A stretch of 64,000 nucleotides of DNA, taken from assembly GCA_028287105.1 (NCBI GenBank), contig JAQBQH010000073.1:1963-65962 (forward strand). The letters run 5' to 3'. Below are positions 56,141 to 64,000 of this stretch, in pieces; position 1 is the first letter of the stretch, and every line of letters starts with the position of its first letter. This DNA is from Myxococcales bacterium. GTDB taxonomy: Bacteria > Myxococcota_A > Polyangia > Palsa-1104. A model generated the notes under the pieces. The model searched no databases and was not told the DNA's origin. It saw only the letters and a list, made by a program, of their open reading frames with translations. Position numbers and translations under genes: made by a program.

Positions 56141-57721
56141 CTACGGCAGCGGACTCGTGCTCGTGCCGTTCGTCGGCGACCAGCCGCCGGCGCTGTACTG
56201 CCACCACAGCTTGCTCGCATTCTCCTGCCAGATCGCGCCGCCGACGTAGGCGAGCGCGATGACGCCGGCGCTGTAGCCCGCGGGCTCGCCGTTGATCGTC
56301 ACGACGCCGCCGCTCGTGACCGCCCAGCCGTTACCGGCGCCATCGCACAGCGTGCTGCCGCCGGGGGTCACGACCGTGGCGCTCGGCGACGCGCTGCAGT
56401 CGGCGCCGGGGAGGGGACGCGTGCTCGTGCCGGCGGTCGGGGTCCAGCTGCCGCCGGACCAGCGCCACCACATGCGGTCCGCATTCTGTTGCCAGAGGGC
56501 GCCGTCGACGGACGCGATCTCGATGACGTTGGCGCTGTAGCCGGCGGCGGCGCCGTTGAGCGTGACGGTGCCGCCGCTGGTGAGCGCCCAGGCGTTGCCG
56601 CTGCCGTCGCACAAGGTCGGCCCGGTCGTGGTCACGACGCTGTGGTTCGGCGATGCGGCGCAGCCGGGAGATGGCTGGACCGGCCCCGAGCCAGCGGCGA
56701 TGAACGCAGCCACCGTCGTTCCGTACGGCGACGTCACGTTGCCGTTGCCGTCGGTGAGGTTGTCTTGCTGCGCGTACGACCAGAAGTGCCACGCGGTCGA
56801 GCCGAAGCCGCTCTGCTCGACACCGTAGACCACCTGCATGCCGTTGGCGTCCAGATCGCTTCCGTTGGTCGAGTTGCCGTATTCGCCGATGAGGATCGGC
56901 ACCGTGCCGTCGGCGCTCGTAATCTGCTGCGTGCTGGCCGCGTGCGCGGCGATGTCATGGTTGACGGTATTCTGGTCGACCGCGAAATTGGTCAACCAGC
57001 CGTAGTAATGCATGTCCCAAACCATATTCACCATTCCCGAATATAACGAGCGCGTATATCCGGCGCCGCAGCTATTCGGGTCGGACCCGCAATTCATTTC
57101 GACCATGACGATATTCTGATTTCCGGTATTTCGAATCGCGTCGTAGGTCTGCTTCTGCCAGGTCGACAGCGCCGCCGCCGACGGATTTTCGGACGGCTCG
57201 TTGTCGGTGCCGAACCAGACATACGGATTGTTCGCGTATGCGCGCGCGATCGCCGAATACCAGTTCAGCTCGTCGGTGAGCAGCTGGCCCGTGTATACCG
57301 TACCGGCGCCGCCGCCCGCATTGCCGCCATTGTTCGTATGGTCCTCGAGCTCCACGACGATGCCGCGCGAGGTCAGCGCGTCGACGAAGCCCTGGTACGC
57401 CGACGGGTCCTGATACGAGAAGCACGCCAGGCGCACCATATTGAGCTTCGGAAACAGCGTCAGAAGCGGCGTGCAGTCGGCGCCGGAGCACACCGACGAC
57501 ATCTGCCCATCGTACAGGTTGAGGCCGCGCGCCTGAAACGAGTTGCCGTCGGGGCCGATGATCTGGCCATTGCGCACGGAGAAGCTGCCACCGATCTGCG
57601 TCGGCGCGACGGTGATGGGCTTGTTGTTCTCGACGCGGCCGCCGCAGCCGCACAAGGCCGCGGCCATGGTGGTCGCCAAGATTAGATGGTCGAGCTTCAC
57701 GGGTCCTCCACGGATCAGCAT
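56141..57721 (-). CDS. Glycoside hydrolase family 5 lipoprotein with two C-terminal ~85-aa tandem repeat domains (possible carbohydrate-binding modules).
   Basis: Lipobox ALCGC. VWFGTDNEPSE acid/base box and ILIGEYG nucleophile box. The repeats C-x-ASP-x-x-VVTT-GPTLCDGSGN-W-A-L-TSGG-V-T-L-NG...WW.W occur twice. Part of the gene is AT-richer. Confidence 0.75.
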   Translation of the reverse strand: MLIRGGPVKLDHLILATTMAAALCGCGGRVENNKPITVAPTQIGGSFSVRNGQIIGPDGNSFQARGLNLYDGQMSSVCSGADCTPLLTLFPKLNMVRLACFSYQDPSAYQGFVDALTSRGIVVELEDHTNNGGNAGGGAGTVYTGQLLTDELNWYSAIARAYANNPYVWFGTDNEPSENPSAAALSTWQKQTYDAIRNTGNQNIVMVEMNCGSDPNSCGAGYTRSLYSGMVNMVWDMHYYGWLTNFAVDQNTVNHDIAAHAASTQQITSADGTVPILIGEYGNSTNGSDLDANGMQVVYGVEQSGFGSTAWHFWSYAQQDNLTDGNGNVTSPYGTTVAAFIAAGSGPVQPSPGCAASPNHSVVTTTGPTLCDGSGNAWALTSGGTVTLNGAAAGYSANVIEIASVDGALWQQNADRMWWRWSGGSWTPTAGTSTRPLPGADCSASPSATVVTPGGSTLCDGAGNGWAVTSGGVVTINGEPAGYSAGVIALAYVGGAIWQENASKLWWQYSAGGWSPTNGTSTSPLP

Positions 57722-57849
57722 GCGGGGGGCATGTTGCAACCGGAGGACCAGCGCGCCGCCCGCGAGGTCCGCGGAGGGCGCGGCCGCTGGACGGCGGCAG
57801 CGTGTTCTCGAGAACACAGATTGGGGACTGGCCGCCCCGCGGCGTTACA

Positions 57850-58257
57850 TCAGTTTGACGTACGGCATCCGTCGCCATCACAGCGGCAGACATGGTTGAC
57901 GCAAGACGCCGTGATAGACGGAGGCGCGCAGGGCCGGCAATCCTGACTGGCGGTTGGACACTCGAGCGCCCACTCCGCGCTCAACCCGTCCAGTTGGAGC
58001 TTCGCCGAACCGCGCACAGCGACGCCGCACGCACCTGCGAGCCCGCACCCGGTGTGGGGATACACGATGCAGTCCGCGTTGACCTCGCATCCCGCCCACG
58101 TCGCGGTCAATTGCGAGATCTGCACGGCGATGGTCGTGCACGCAGGATTGTCGGATCTTCCGCTCGCGCAAGCCATCAGTCCGCACAAGAGGATGCTGGC
58201 GAGCCCCGCGATCCCAAGGTGACTCCAGCGTGCCCAGCGTCGTTGGCCGTTGCTCAT
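57850..58257 (-). CDS. Small Cys-rich lipoprotein.
   Basis: Lipobox LLCGLMAC. About 16 Cys in ~110 mature residues. Confidence 0.5.
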   Translation of the reverse strand: MSNGQRRWARWSHLGIAGLASILLCGLMACASGRSDNPACTTIAVQISQLTATWAGCEVNADCIVYPHTGCGLAGACGVAVRGSAKLQLDGLSAEWALECPTASQDCRPCAPPSITASCVNHVCRCDGDGCRTSN

Positions 58258-58485
58258 CGAGCACCTCGTAGAGCTCCTCTGTCGCATCGGCCCGCGACCA
58301 GAACATAAGGCGTGGCAGGCGCCGTCACTAGTCCGCAGCGATTGGGGACCGATGCGCTAACGACCAGCCGGCGCGCACTTCCGGGCGCGCCACCCGGTGA
58401 TCGACTTCGCGTTTCAAACTAATATGGAGCGATGCTCGCCGATTGCGCTTGCCCGAACCGTGCGTTCTCGACGTTACTTCGGGTG

Positions 58486-59199
58486 ATGAACGCCGCTCGC
58501 TTCGGACGTGTTGCAACCTGCCTGCTGCTCGCCGCCGCGATCGTCGGAGGCGCCACCAACGCCCGCGCCGACGACGGCGACTGGGAGCAGGTGAGCAACA
58601 AGGATGGCATCCTCGTGCAGCGACGCACGGTCAGCGGCTTCAAGCTCAAGGAGTTCCGCGGGCGCGGCATTGTCCAGGCGCCCATCGGCCGCGTGCTCGC
58701 CGTTCTCCTCGACGCCAGCCGCCGCGCTGAGTGGATGCCGAGCTGCGCCGACGAGCATCTCGTCGAGCAGGACCTGGCCGCGCGCACGCAGATCTCCTAC
58801 CACCGCACGAAGGCGCCCTGGCCCGTGTCCGACCGCGACTCGGTCAACCGCGCCTCGATGATCGTCGAGGCCGACAAGCACCGTGTGGTGCTCCCGTTCG
58901 AGGCGATCCCGTTCTCCAAGATCCCGCCGGTCAAGGGCGTCGTCCGCATGCCCTTCATGCGCGGCCATTGGATCCTCATCCCCGTCGACGGTGGGCGCGC
59001 CACCGATACCGACTATCAAGTGTTTGCCGATCCGGGCGGCAGCCTTCCCGACTGGCTGGCGAACCTCGCGTCGAAGACCCTGCCGCGCGAGACCATCGCC
59101 GGGCTGCGCAAACAAGCGAGCAAGGTCGAGTACACCGCCTTCGAGGCCCAGATCGCCGCCGCGCCCGAAACCAAAGCGCTCCTCGAAACCGCGCGCTAG
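58486..59199 (+). CDS. Secreted START / SRPBCC (lipid-binding) domain protein.
   Basis: Signal peptide MNAARFGRVATCLLLAAAIVGGATNARA. START-like ~200-aa helix-grip pattern (WEQVSNKDGILVQRRTV...WMPSCADEHLV...). Confidence 0.6.
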   Translation: MNAARFGRVATCLLLAAAIVGGATNARADDGDWEQVSNKDGILVQRRTVSGFKLKEFRGRGIVQAPIGRVLAVLLDASRRAEWMPSCADEHLVEQDLAARTQISYHRTKAPWPVSDRDSVNRASMIVEADKHRVVLPFEAIPFSKIPPVKGVVRMPFMRGHWILIPVDGGRATDTDYQVFADPGGSLPDWLANLASKTLPRETIAGLRKQASKVEYTAFEAQIAAAPETKALLETAR

Positions 59200-59423
59200 C
59201 TCGCCGTCGCGCCTGCCCGTCGCGCGCGAGGCCTTCGGCTGCTCCGCGGTCGCCCACTGCTCGCTGCAGGACCGTCCTTGCGGCGCGGCGATCCCTCCGA
59301 TAACCTTCACGACCATGGTACGCCCCGGCTTCAGCTGACGCGCGCGCTCGAATCGCGTGTCGATTTCCCACTCTTCCGTCTGTTAGAGCTCCGCGCCCCG
59401 CGCGGGGCGAAAGGAGCTTTCCC

Positions 59424-60599
59424 ATGCCGCATCCGTACGCTCTCGATGACAAATCGGCAGCACTGACCACCAGGACCGCCACGCTCGCCGACGACGTCGT
59501 CGCGCGCCACTCGGCGGAGGTCGATCGCAACGCTCGCTTCCCCGTCGAGAGCGTCGCCGCGCTCGGCTCCGCCGGTCTCCTCGGCCTCTGTGTGCCGTCC
59601 GATCTCGGCGGCCTCGGTCAGGGTCCGCGGGCGTTCTGCGCCGTCGCCGAGGAGCTCGGACGCGCGTGCGCTTCGACGGCGATGGTGTTCGTGATGCACA
59701 CCAGCGCAACCCAGGCGATCATCTCGTCGCAGTCTCTCGGCGATCGCGACGCGCTGCTCGCTGAGATCGCCAAGGGCGCGCACCTGACTACGCTCGCGCT
59801 GTCGGAAAAGGGATCCCGCTCGCAGTTCTGGGCGCCCGTGTCGAAGCTGACCGCCAGGGGCGAAGGCTTCGTCACCAATGCTGCCAAGTCATGGGTGACG
59901 TCAGCCAACCATGCCGACTCCTATGTGACCAGCGCGCAGATGCCCGACGCGAAGTCGCCGCTGGAGTCCACGATCTATCTGGCGCACACCGCGGCCAATG
60001 AGATTCGCCCGCAGCCCGGCTTCGACGGGCTCGGCCTGCGCGGCAACGACTCGGCACCGGTCAGCATCGAGAACCTGACCGTCGCCCGGCGCGATCTCGT
60101 GAGCGAGCTTGGCAAGGGCGCCGACACCATGCTGCAGGTCATCCTGCCCTGGTTCGCCATCGGCACCGCCGCGATGGCGCATGGATTGTGCCGCGCCGCG
60201 GTTGGCGCGACCGCCCATCATCTGTCGTCGACGGGCTTCGAGCACACCGGCACGTCGCTGCGCGATCTGCCGCAGCTGCGGGCGCGGCTGGCGCAGATGA
60301 GCGTGCGCACCGAAGCCTCGCGCGCGCTCCTCGGACGGGCGCTCGCCGAGATCGAAGCGGGCACGCCGGAGGCACCACTGTTCGTGCTCTCGACCCGCAA
60401 GGCGGCGCTGGAAGCGGCCCTGGAGGTGACCGATCTGGCGCTCAAGGCGTGCGGCGGGGCGGCATTCTCGCGTCAGATGCCGAGCGCGCCCATCGAGCGG
60501 CTGTTTCGCGACGCGCGCGCCGGCTGGGTGATGGCGCCCACTGTCGATCATCTGGATGACTTCATCGGCAAGGCCCTCACCGGGCTGCCGCTCTTCTAA
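59424..60599 (+). CDS. Acyl-CoA dehydrogenase-family flavoprotein.
   Basis: RBS AAAGGAG. Three-domain ACAD pattern with a C-terminal helical domain (RLFRDARAGWVMAPTVDHLDDFIGKAL). Confidence 0.75.
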   Translation: MPHPYALDDKSAALTTRTATLADDVVARHSAEVDRNARFPVESVAALGSAGLLGLCVPSDLGGLGQGPRAFCAVAEELGRACASTAMVFVMHTSATQAIISSQSLGDRDALLAEIAKGAHLTTLALSEKGSRSQFWAPVSKLTARGEGFVTNAAKSWVTSANHADSYVTSAQMPDAKSPLESTIYLAHTAANEIRPQPGFDGLGLRGNDSAPVSIENLTVARRDLVSELGKGADTMLQVILPWFAIGTAAMAHGLCRAAVGATAHHLSSTGFEHTGTSLRDLPQLRARLAQMSVRTEASRALLGRALAEIEAGTPEAPLFVLSTRKAALEAALEVTDLALKACGGAAFSRQMPSAPIERLFRDARAGWVMAPTVDHLDDFIGKALTGLPLF

Positions 60600-60610
60600 A
60601 GGAGGCGATC

Positions 60611-61417
60611 ATGTCCGAGTCGATCTTGCTGGGCGCCGTCGCCTACGATCCGAAAGTCGTCACCATCTGGGAAGGTATCCGCGAATATTTTCGTGCCGAA
60701 GGCGTGGACCTCGACTTCGCGCTCTTCTCCAACTACGAGCGGCAGGTCGCCACGCTGCTGGCCGGCCACATCGACATCGCGTGGAACACGCCGCTCGGCC
60801 ACGTGCGCGTGCAGCGCCGTACCGAAGGACGCGCGCGCTCGCTCGGCATGCGCGACACCGATCGCGATTTCCACGCGAAGATCGTCGTCCGCCGCGACGC
60901 CGGCATTCGCACGCTCGCCGATCTGCCGGGCAAGATCTTGGCGGTCGGCAGTCGCGACTCGACGCAGGCACGCATCCTGCCGCTCCACTTCTTGCGCAAA
61001 GAAGGCGTGGCGCTCGACCGCGTTCAGCTCCTGCCGTTCGACACGGATCTCGGCAAACATGGCGACACCGGGGCGAGCGAGCTCGACGTGCTGCGCGCGC
61101 TCGCGGACGGGCGCGCACATGCTGGCGCCGTCGGCGATCTCGTCTGGATCAACGAGCAGTCTGCCGGTCGTATCGACCCGCAGCTCGTCGATGTGCTGTA
61201 TACGACGCCCGGCTTCGATCACTGCATGTTCGACGCGTTGCCCTCGCTGTCGGAAGCGAAGGTCGAGGCGTTCCAGCGCGCGCTGTTCGCGATGCGGTGG
61301 GAGGAGCCGGCGCACCGACGGTTGCTGGAGCTCGAAGGACTGCGCGAATGGATGCCGCCGCGCGAAGAGGGTTACGACAGCCTGCGGCGCGCGCTCGAAG
61401 AGACCGCCGAGTGGTGA
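60611..61417 (+). CDS. PhnD/SsuA-type periplasmic-binding-protein-fold protein lacking any signal peptide (predicted cytoplasmic).
   Basis: RBS AGGAGG. PhnD-family blocks (GHIDIAWNTPLGHV; DLPGKILAVGSRDSTQARILPLHFL; ADGRAHAGAVGD). The N-terminus begins directly with the mature-domain sequence. Confidence 0.65.
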   Translation: MSESILLGAVAYDPKVVTIWEGIREYFRAEGVDLDFALFSNYERQVATLLAGHIDIAWNTPLGHVRVQRRTEGRARSLGMRDTDRDFHAKIVVRRDAGIRTLADLPGKILAVGSRDSTQARILPLHFLRKEGVALDRVQLLPFDTDLGKHGDTGASELDVLRALADGRAHAGAVGDLVWINEQSAGRIDPQLVDVLYTTPGFDHCMFDALPSLSEAKVEAFQRALFAMRWEEPAHRRLLELEGLREWMPPREEGYDSLRRALEETAEW

Positions 61418-62598
61418 GCCGCGCGGGCGCGGTCGCGATCAACGGCGGCGACCTGGCGCTCGGCGGCGGTCTGTTGGCGCTCCTACGGCCGGCATTGGAC
61501 CTACTCGCGCCCGGCGGTGTCGTCGCACTCCGCTCGTCGAGCGCGGGCGTGCGCCACGATCTACCGTCCTGGTGTCGCTTCGAGCGTCACACCTATCTCG
61601 AGTGCGAGCCGCAGTCGGACGGCAGCGACCTGCACCTCGTCGGCCGCGGACGGTTCGCCGTTGCGTACGCGACGGACGCCGCGACCGGCGAGGCCGATCC
61701 GCACACGGGCTTCGCACCTCTCGGCGCGCGAGTCGAGCGTGGTGGGCCTCGCTATCCCTTCACGATCAATCGGCGAGATTCGGCGCCGCCACCACAAACG
61801 ACGCGCCAGCTCTACGACCAGGCGACCCTGGCGCAGTGGGACGCGGCGCGTGACATTCCCTGGGATCGCGTGCAACCGCTCTCCCCCATCGTCGAGCGCG
61901 CCGTCGGCCAGGTGATGACGTTCCTGGCGGAGAACGAGCTGTCTGCGCTCTACGTGCCCTCCAAGTTCGTGGCGCGCTTGCATCCCGCGTACGCGGAGAC
62001 GGCGATGTTCCTGGCCACGCAAATGATGGACGAGGCACGCCACATCGATGTGTTCTTGCGGCGCGCGCGGGCCGGCGGCGGTGCGCTCGGCGTTTCTAGC
62101 GTCACGACGTCGCGTTCGCTCTTGTCCCTACTGGAGCTCGAAGACTTCACGGAGGCCGCGTTTCTATTGTCGGTCCTCGGTGAAGGCACGTTCCTCGATC
62201 TGCTGCGCTACATCGAACGCCATGCGCCCGACGAGGTAACGGCGGAAATCGCTCGGCGCACGCGCGCGGACGAGTCGCGTCATGTTCACTTCGGCGTGAT
62301 GCATGTACGTCAGGCGCTCGGCTGCGACGCCGCGCTGGCGCGACGTCTCGAAGAGACAGTCCGCCAACGCGCCGCGACGCTTCATGGTGTCTCGGGCGTC
62401 CCCGCTCCGATCCAGGATGCGTTGACCATCCTTGCCGCAGGCAGTGACGAGCCTGGAGCTGTGGCACGGGGTCATGAAGCATTCCGCGAGCTGTTGTCGG
62501 ACATGCATGCGGGCCGGCTGAAGCGGCTCGTGCACGCCGGGTTCACACCGGCGCAGGCGCAGTTGCTGTCGGAGCTGCACACCCCGAACTTCATGTAA
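61414..62598 (+). CDS. Fusion of a degenerate TusA-like domain (no CPxP Cys) and a ferritin-like diiron-carboxylate domain (AurF / R2lox / Coq7-like).
   Basis: GTG start overlapping the upstream TGA (GTGA). The N-terminus LLAPGGVVALRSSSAGVRHDLPSWCRFERHTYLECE parallels the TusA core LKPGEVLEVLSTDPGSKRDIPAWCRQTGHELL. The C-terminus carries two E...ExxH boxes (MDEARHIDVF, ADESRHVHFG). Confidence 0.55.
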   Translation: MSRAGAVAINGGDLALGGGLLALLRPALDLLAPGGVVALRSSSAGVRHDLPSWCRFERHTYLECEPQSDGSDLHLVGRGRFAVAYATDAATGEADPHTGFAPLGARVERGGPRYPFTINRRDSAPPPQTTRQLYDQATLAQWDAARDIPWDRVQPLSPIVERAVGQVMTFLAENELSALYVPSKFVARLHPAYAETAMFLATQMMDEARHIDVFLRRARAGGGALGVSSVTTSRSLLSLLELEDFTEAAFLLSVLGEGTFLDLLRYIERHAPDEVTAEIARRTRADESRHVHFGVMHVRQALGCDAALARRLEETVRQRAATLHGVSGVPAPIQDALTILAAGSDEPGAVARGHEAFRELLSDMHAGRLKRLVHAGFTPAQAQLLSELHTPNFM

Positions 62599-62828
62599 CG
62601 AGTCTGCCCGAGAGCGCCGAGATCCTGACGTAGCGGATCGTGCCGGTACACGCCAGTCACGGCGACGAGCTTCTTCACATTCTTGCAGCGCCCGACGACG
62701 AATTACGGGAACCATCCGACTTCGGACAGGGCGCGACGTCCCCATCTACGTCGAGAGGTCGGTCACATGCCGGCCAATGCGGCGAAACATCGGCCGTGAG
62801 CAGGTCAACTGGAGCGGGAGGCGCAAGC

Positions 62829-64000
62829 ATGAAGACGCTGATGCGAACTGTCCGGTGTCATCGACCAACGTTGGTCGCCCTCGTGAAAACGGGGACCGCG
62901 CTCTTGATCCTTGGCCCACTCGGGTGCGGCAACAGCAACACCACGCGGCAGGGTCCCGAGATCCCGCAGCCGACCATGTGCCAGCAGGTGAACATCGGAT
63001 CGATCTTGCCGGGCGGGGCGAACATCGATCCCGACGTGGTGCAAATCAACGCCTCGATAAGTGCCACCGAGGCCGCCGCCCTCGCGCAAGCGACGACCTC
63101 CGCCTCGCTCGACTTCTATCACCAGATCACGCTGCTCGGAAAGATCGAGATCTATGACGTGAATCTCTCGGTGAACAAGAACGTCGCCTGCGCCACTTGC
63201 CATGTTCCTGACGCCGGTTTCACGGGTGGCAGTTCTTTTATCAACCAGACCATCGTTGCGCAGCCCGGCTCGGTTGCCATCACCAATGCGACCGGAATGG
63301 GGCCGAACGCACGCGTTTCCGCGCGGAAACCGCAGACCTATAGCTATGCACCGTTTGCGCCCATCCTTCACTACAATGCGACCCAGCAGGACTTCTACGG
63401 CGGCAACTTCTGGGATATGCGGGCGACGGGAATCCGGCTGGACAACGGAGCCGCCGAGCAGGCCCAGGGACCTCCCGTCAATCCCCTGGAGATGGGACTT
63501 CCTGATACTACGTGTGCGGTTTATCGAGTGTCACAGGGTCCATATAGAGCCTTTTTCGAACAGATCTGGGGTACCCAGTCCTTCGCCATCAACTGGCCTG
63601 CGAATATCGCGCAACTGTGCTCGACGCCGTCTTCGGCAAGCGTGCCCGCCGGTACGACCCTACCGCCACAGAACGGTACGCTTCCGGTTCCGTTGAGCGA
63701 TCTCGACCGGGGACGGTCCAATGACACCTATGACAACATGGTGCTGGCCATCGCTTCGTATGAAGCGGGGCCCGAGGTCAGTCCGTTCTCGTCGAAGTTC
63801 GACTTCTTCCTGGCCGGCGCCGCCCAACTGACCGCACAGGAGCAGAACGGCTGGGCGCTCTTTCACGGCAAGGCACATTGCAATGAATGCCACCTCGATG
63901 GAACCGAGGCCAATGCGCCCGGGAAGGTCACGCCCGCAGACGTCGCGCCGCTGTTCAGCGACTTCACGTCGAACAACATCGGCGTTCCAGCAAATCCCTG
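62829..64000 (+). CDS. Di-heme cytochrome c peroxidase-family lipoprotein (CCP/MauG family); 3' end beyond the window.
   Basis: Lipobox LGCG. CATCHVPDAGFTGG (heme 1). CNECH (heme 2). The frame is open to the window end. AT-richer than its neighbours. Confidence 0.7.
   Translation, partial: MKTLMRTVRCHRPTLVALVKTGTALLILGPLGCGNSNTTRQGPEIPQPTMCQQVNIGSILPGGANIDPDVVQINASISATEAAALAQATTSASLDFYHQITLLGKIEIYDVNLSVNKNVACATCHVPDAGFTGGSSFINQTIVAQPGSVAITNATGMGPNARVSARKPQTYSYAPFAPILHYNATQQDFYGGNFWDMRATGIRLDNGAAEQAQGPPVNPLEMGLPDTTCAVYRVSQGPYRAFFEQIWGTQSFAINWPANIAQLCSTPSSASVPAGTTLPPQNGTLPVPLSDLDRGRSNDTYDNMVLAIASYEAGPEVSPFSSKFDFFLAGAAQLTAQEQNGWALFHGKAHCNECHLDGTEANAPGKVTPADVAPLFSDFTSNNIGVPANP

Noticed and set aside
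59300-59330. Second sigma-54-like site ATGGTACGCCCCGGCTTCA upstream of the ACAD-family gene.
   Set aside because: The -12 GC dinucleotide is displaced by one position and -24 has TGGTAC, so it does not meet the TGGCAC-N5-TTGC consensus.

Overview
This is a high-GC (~70%) bacterial chromosomal segment whose gene content resembles Myxococcota: many lipoproteins and secreted proteins, PAS/GAF two-component proteins, a sigma-54 activator and an ECF sigma factor. I found no rRNA, no canonical tRNA, no CRISPR array and no intact transposase or integrase.

The main content is as follows:
- **Right of the first 11 kb:** a PaoABCD-like molybdenum aldehyde oxidoreductase cluster, read on the minus strand as [2Fe-2S]-FAD-Moco-XdhC-MobA.
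- **Respiratory operon (minus strand, 17.9-27.4 kb):** a tightly coupled operon for a caa3-type cytochrome oxidase, a Rieske/cytochrome b/diheme-c complex and an unusual CtaG-CcoG copper-handling fusion.
- **Envelope and hydrolase genes:** a phospholipase C-like phosphoesterase, two GH5 hydrolases, an OprP-like porin and a DJ-1 protein.
- **Signalling genes:** several sensor kinases and response regulators, plus an ECF sigma / anti-sigma / small-lipoprotein operon with a sigma-54 promoter upstream.
- **3' end of the window:** an aldehyde dehydrogenase and cupin pair, an IS5-derived MITE-like remnant, and an ACAD / PhnD-like / diiron module.

The most unusual signal is a ~130-bp structured repeat with a tRNA-like 3' end (T-arm, acceptor strand and CCA). 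It occurs three times in the first 11.4 kb. It truncates an aminotransferase pseudogene, brackets a lower-GC island of orphan genes, and supplies the last ~22 codons of the mobA-like gene.

I placed coordinates by hand from the ORF track and the sequence, so starts and ends may be off by about 1-3 nt. All family assignments rest on recognised motifs; I ran no searches.
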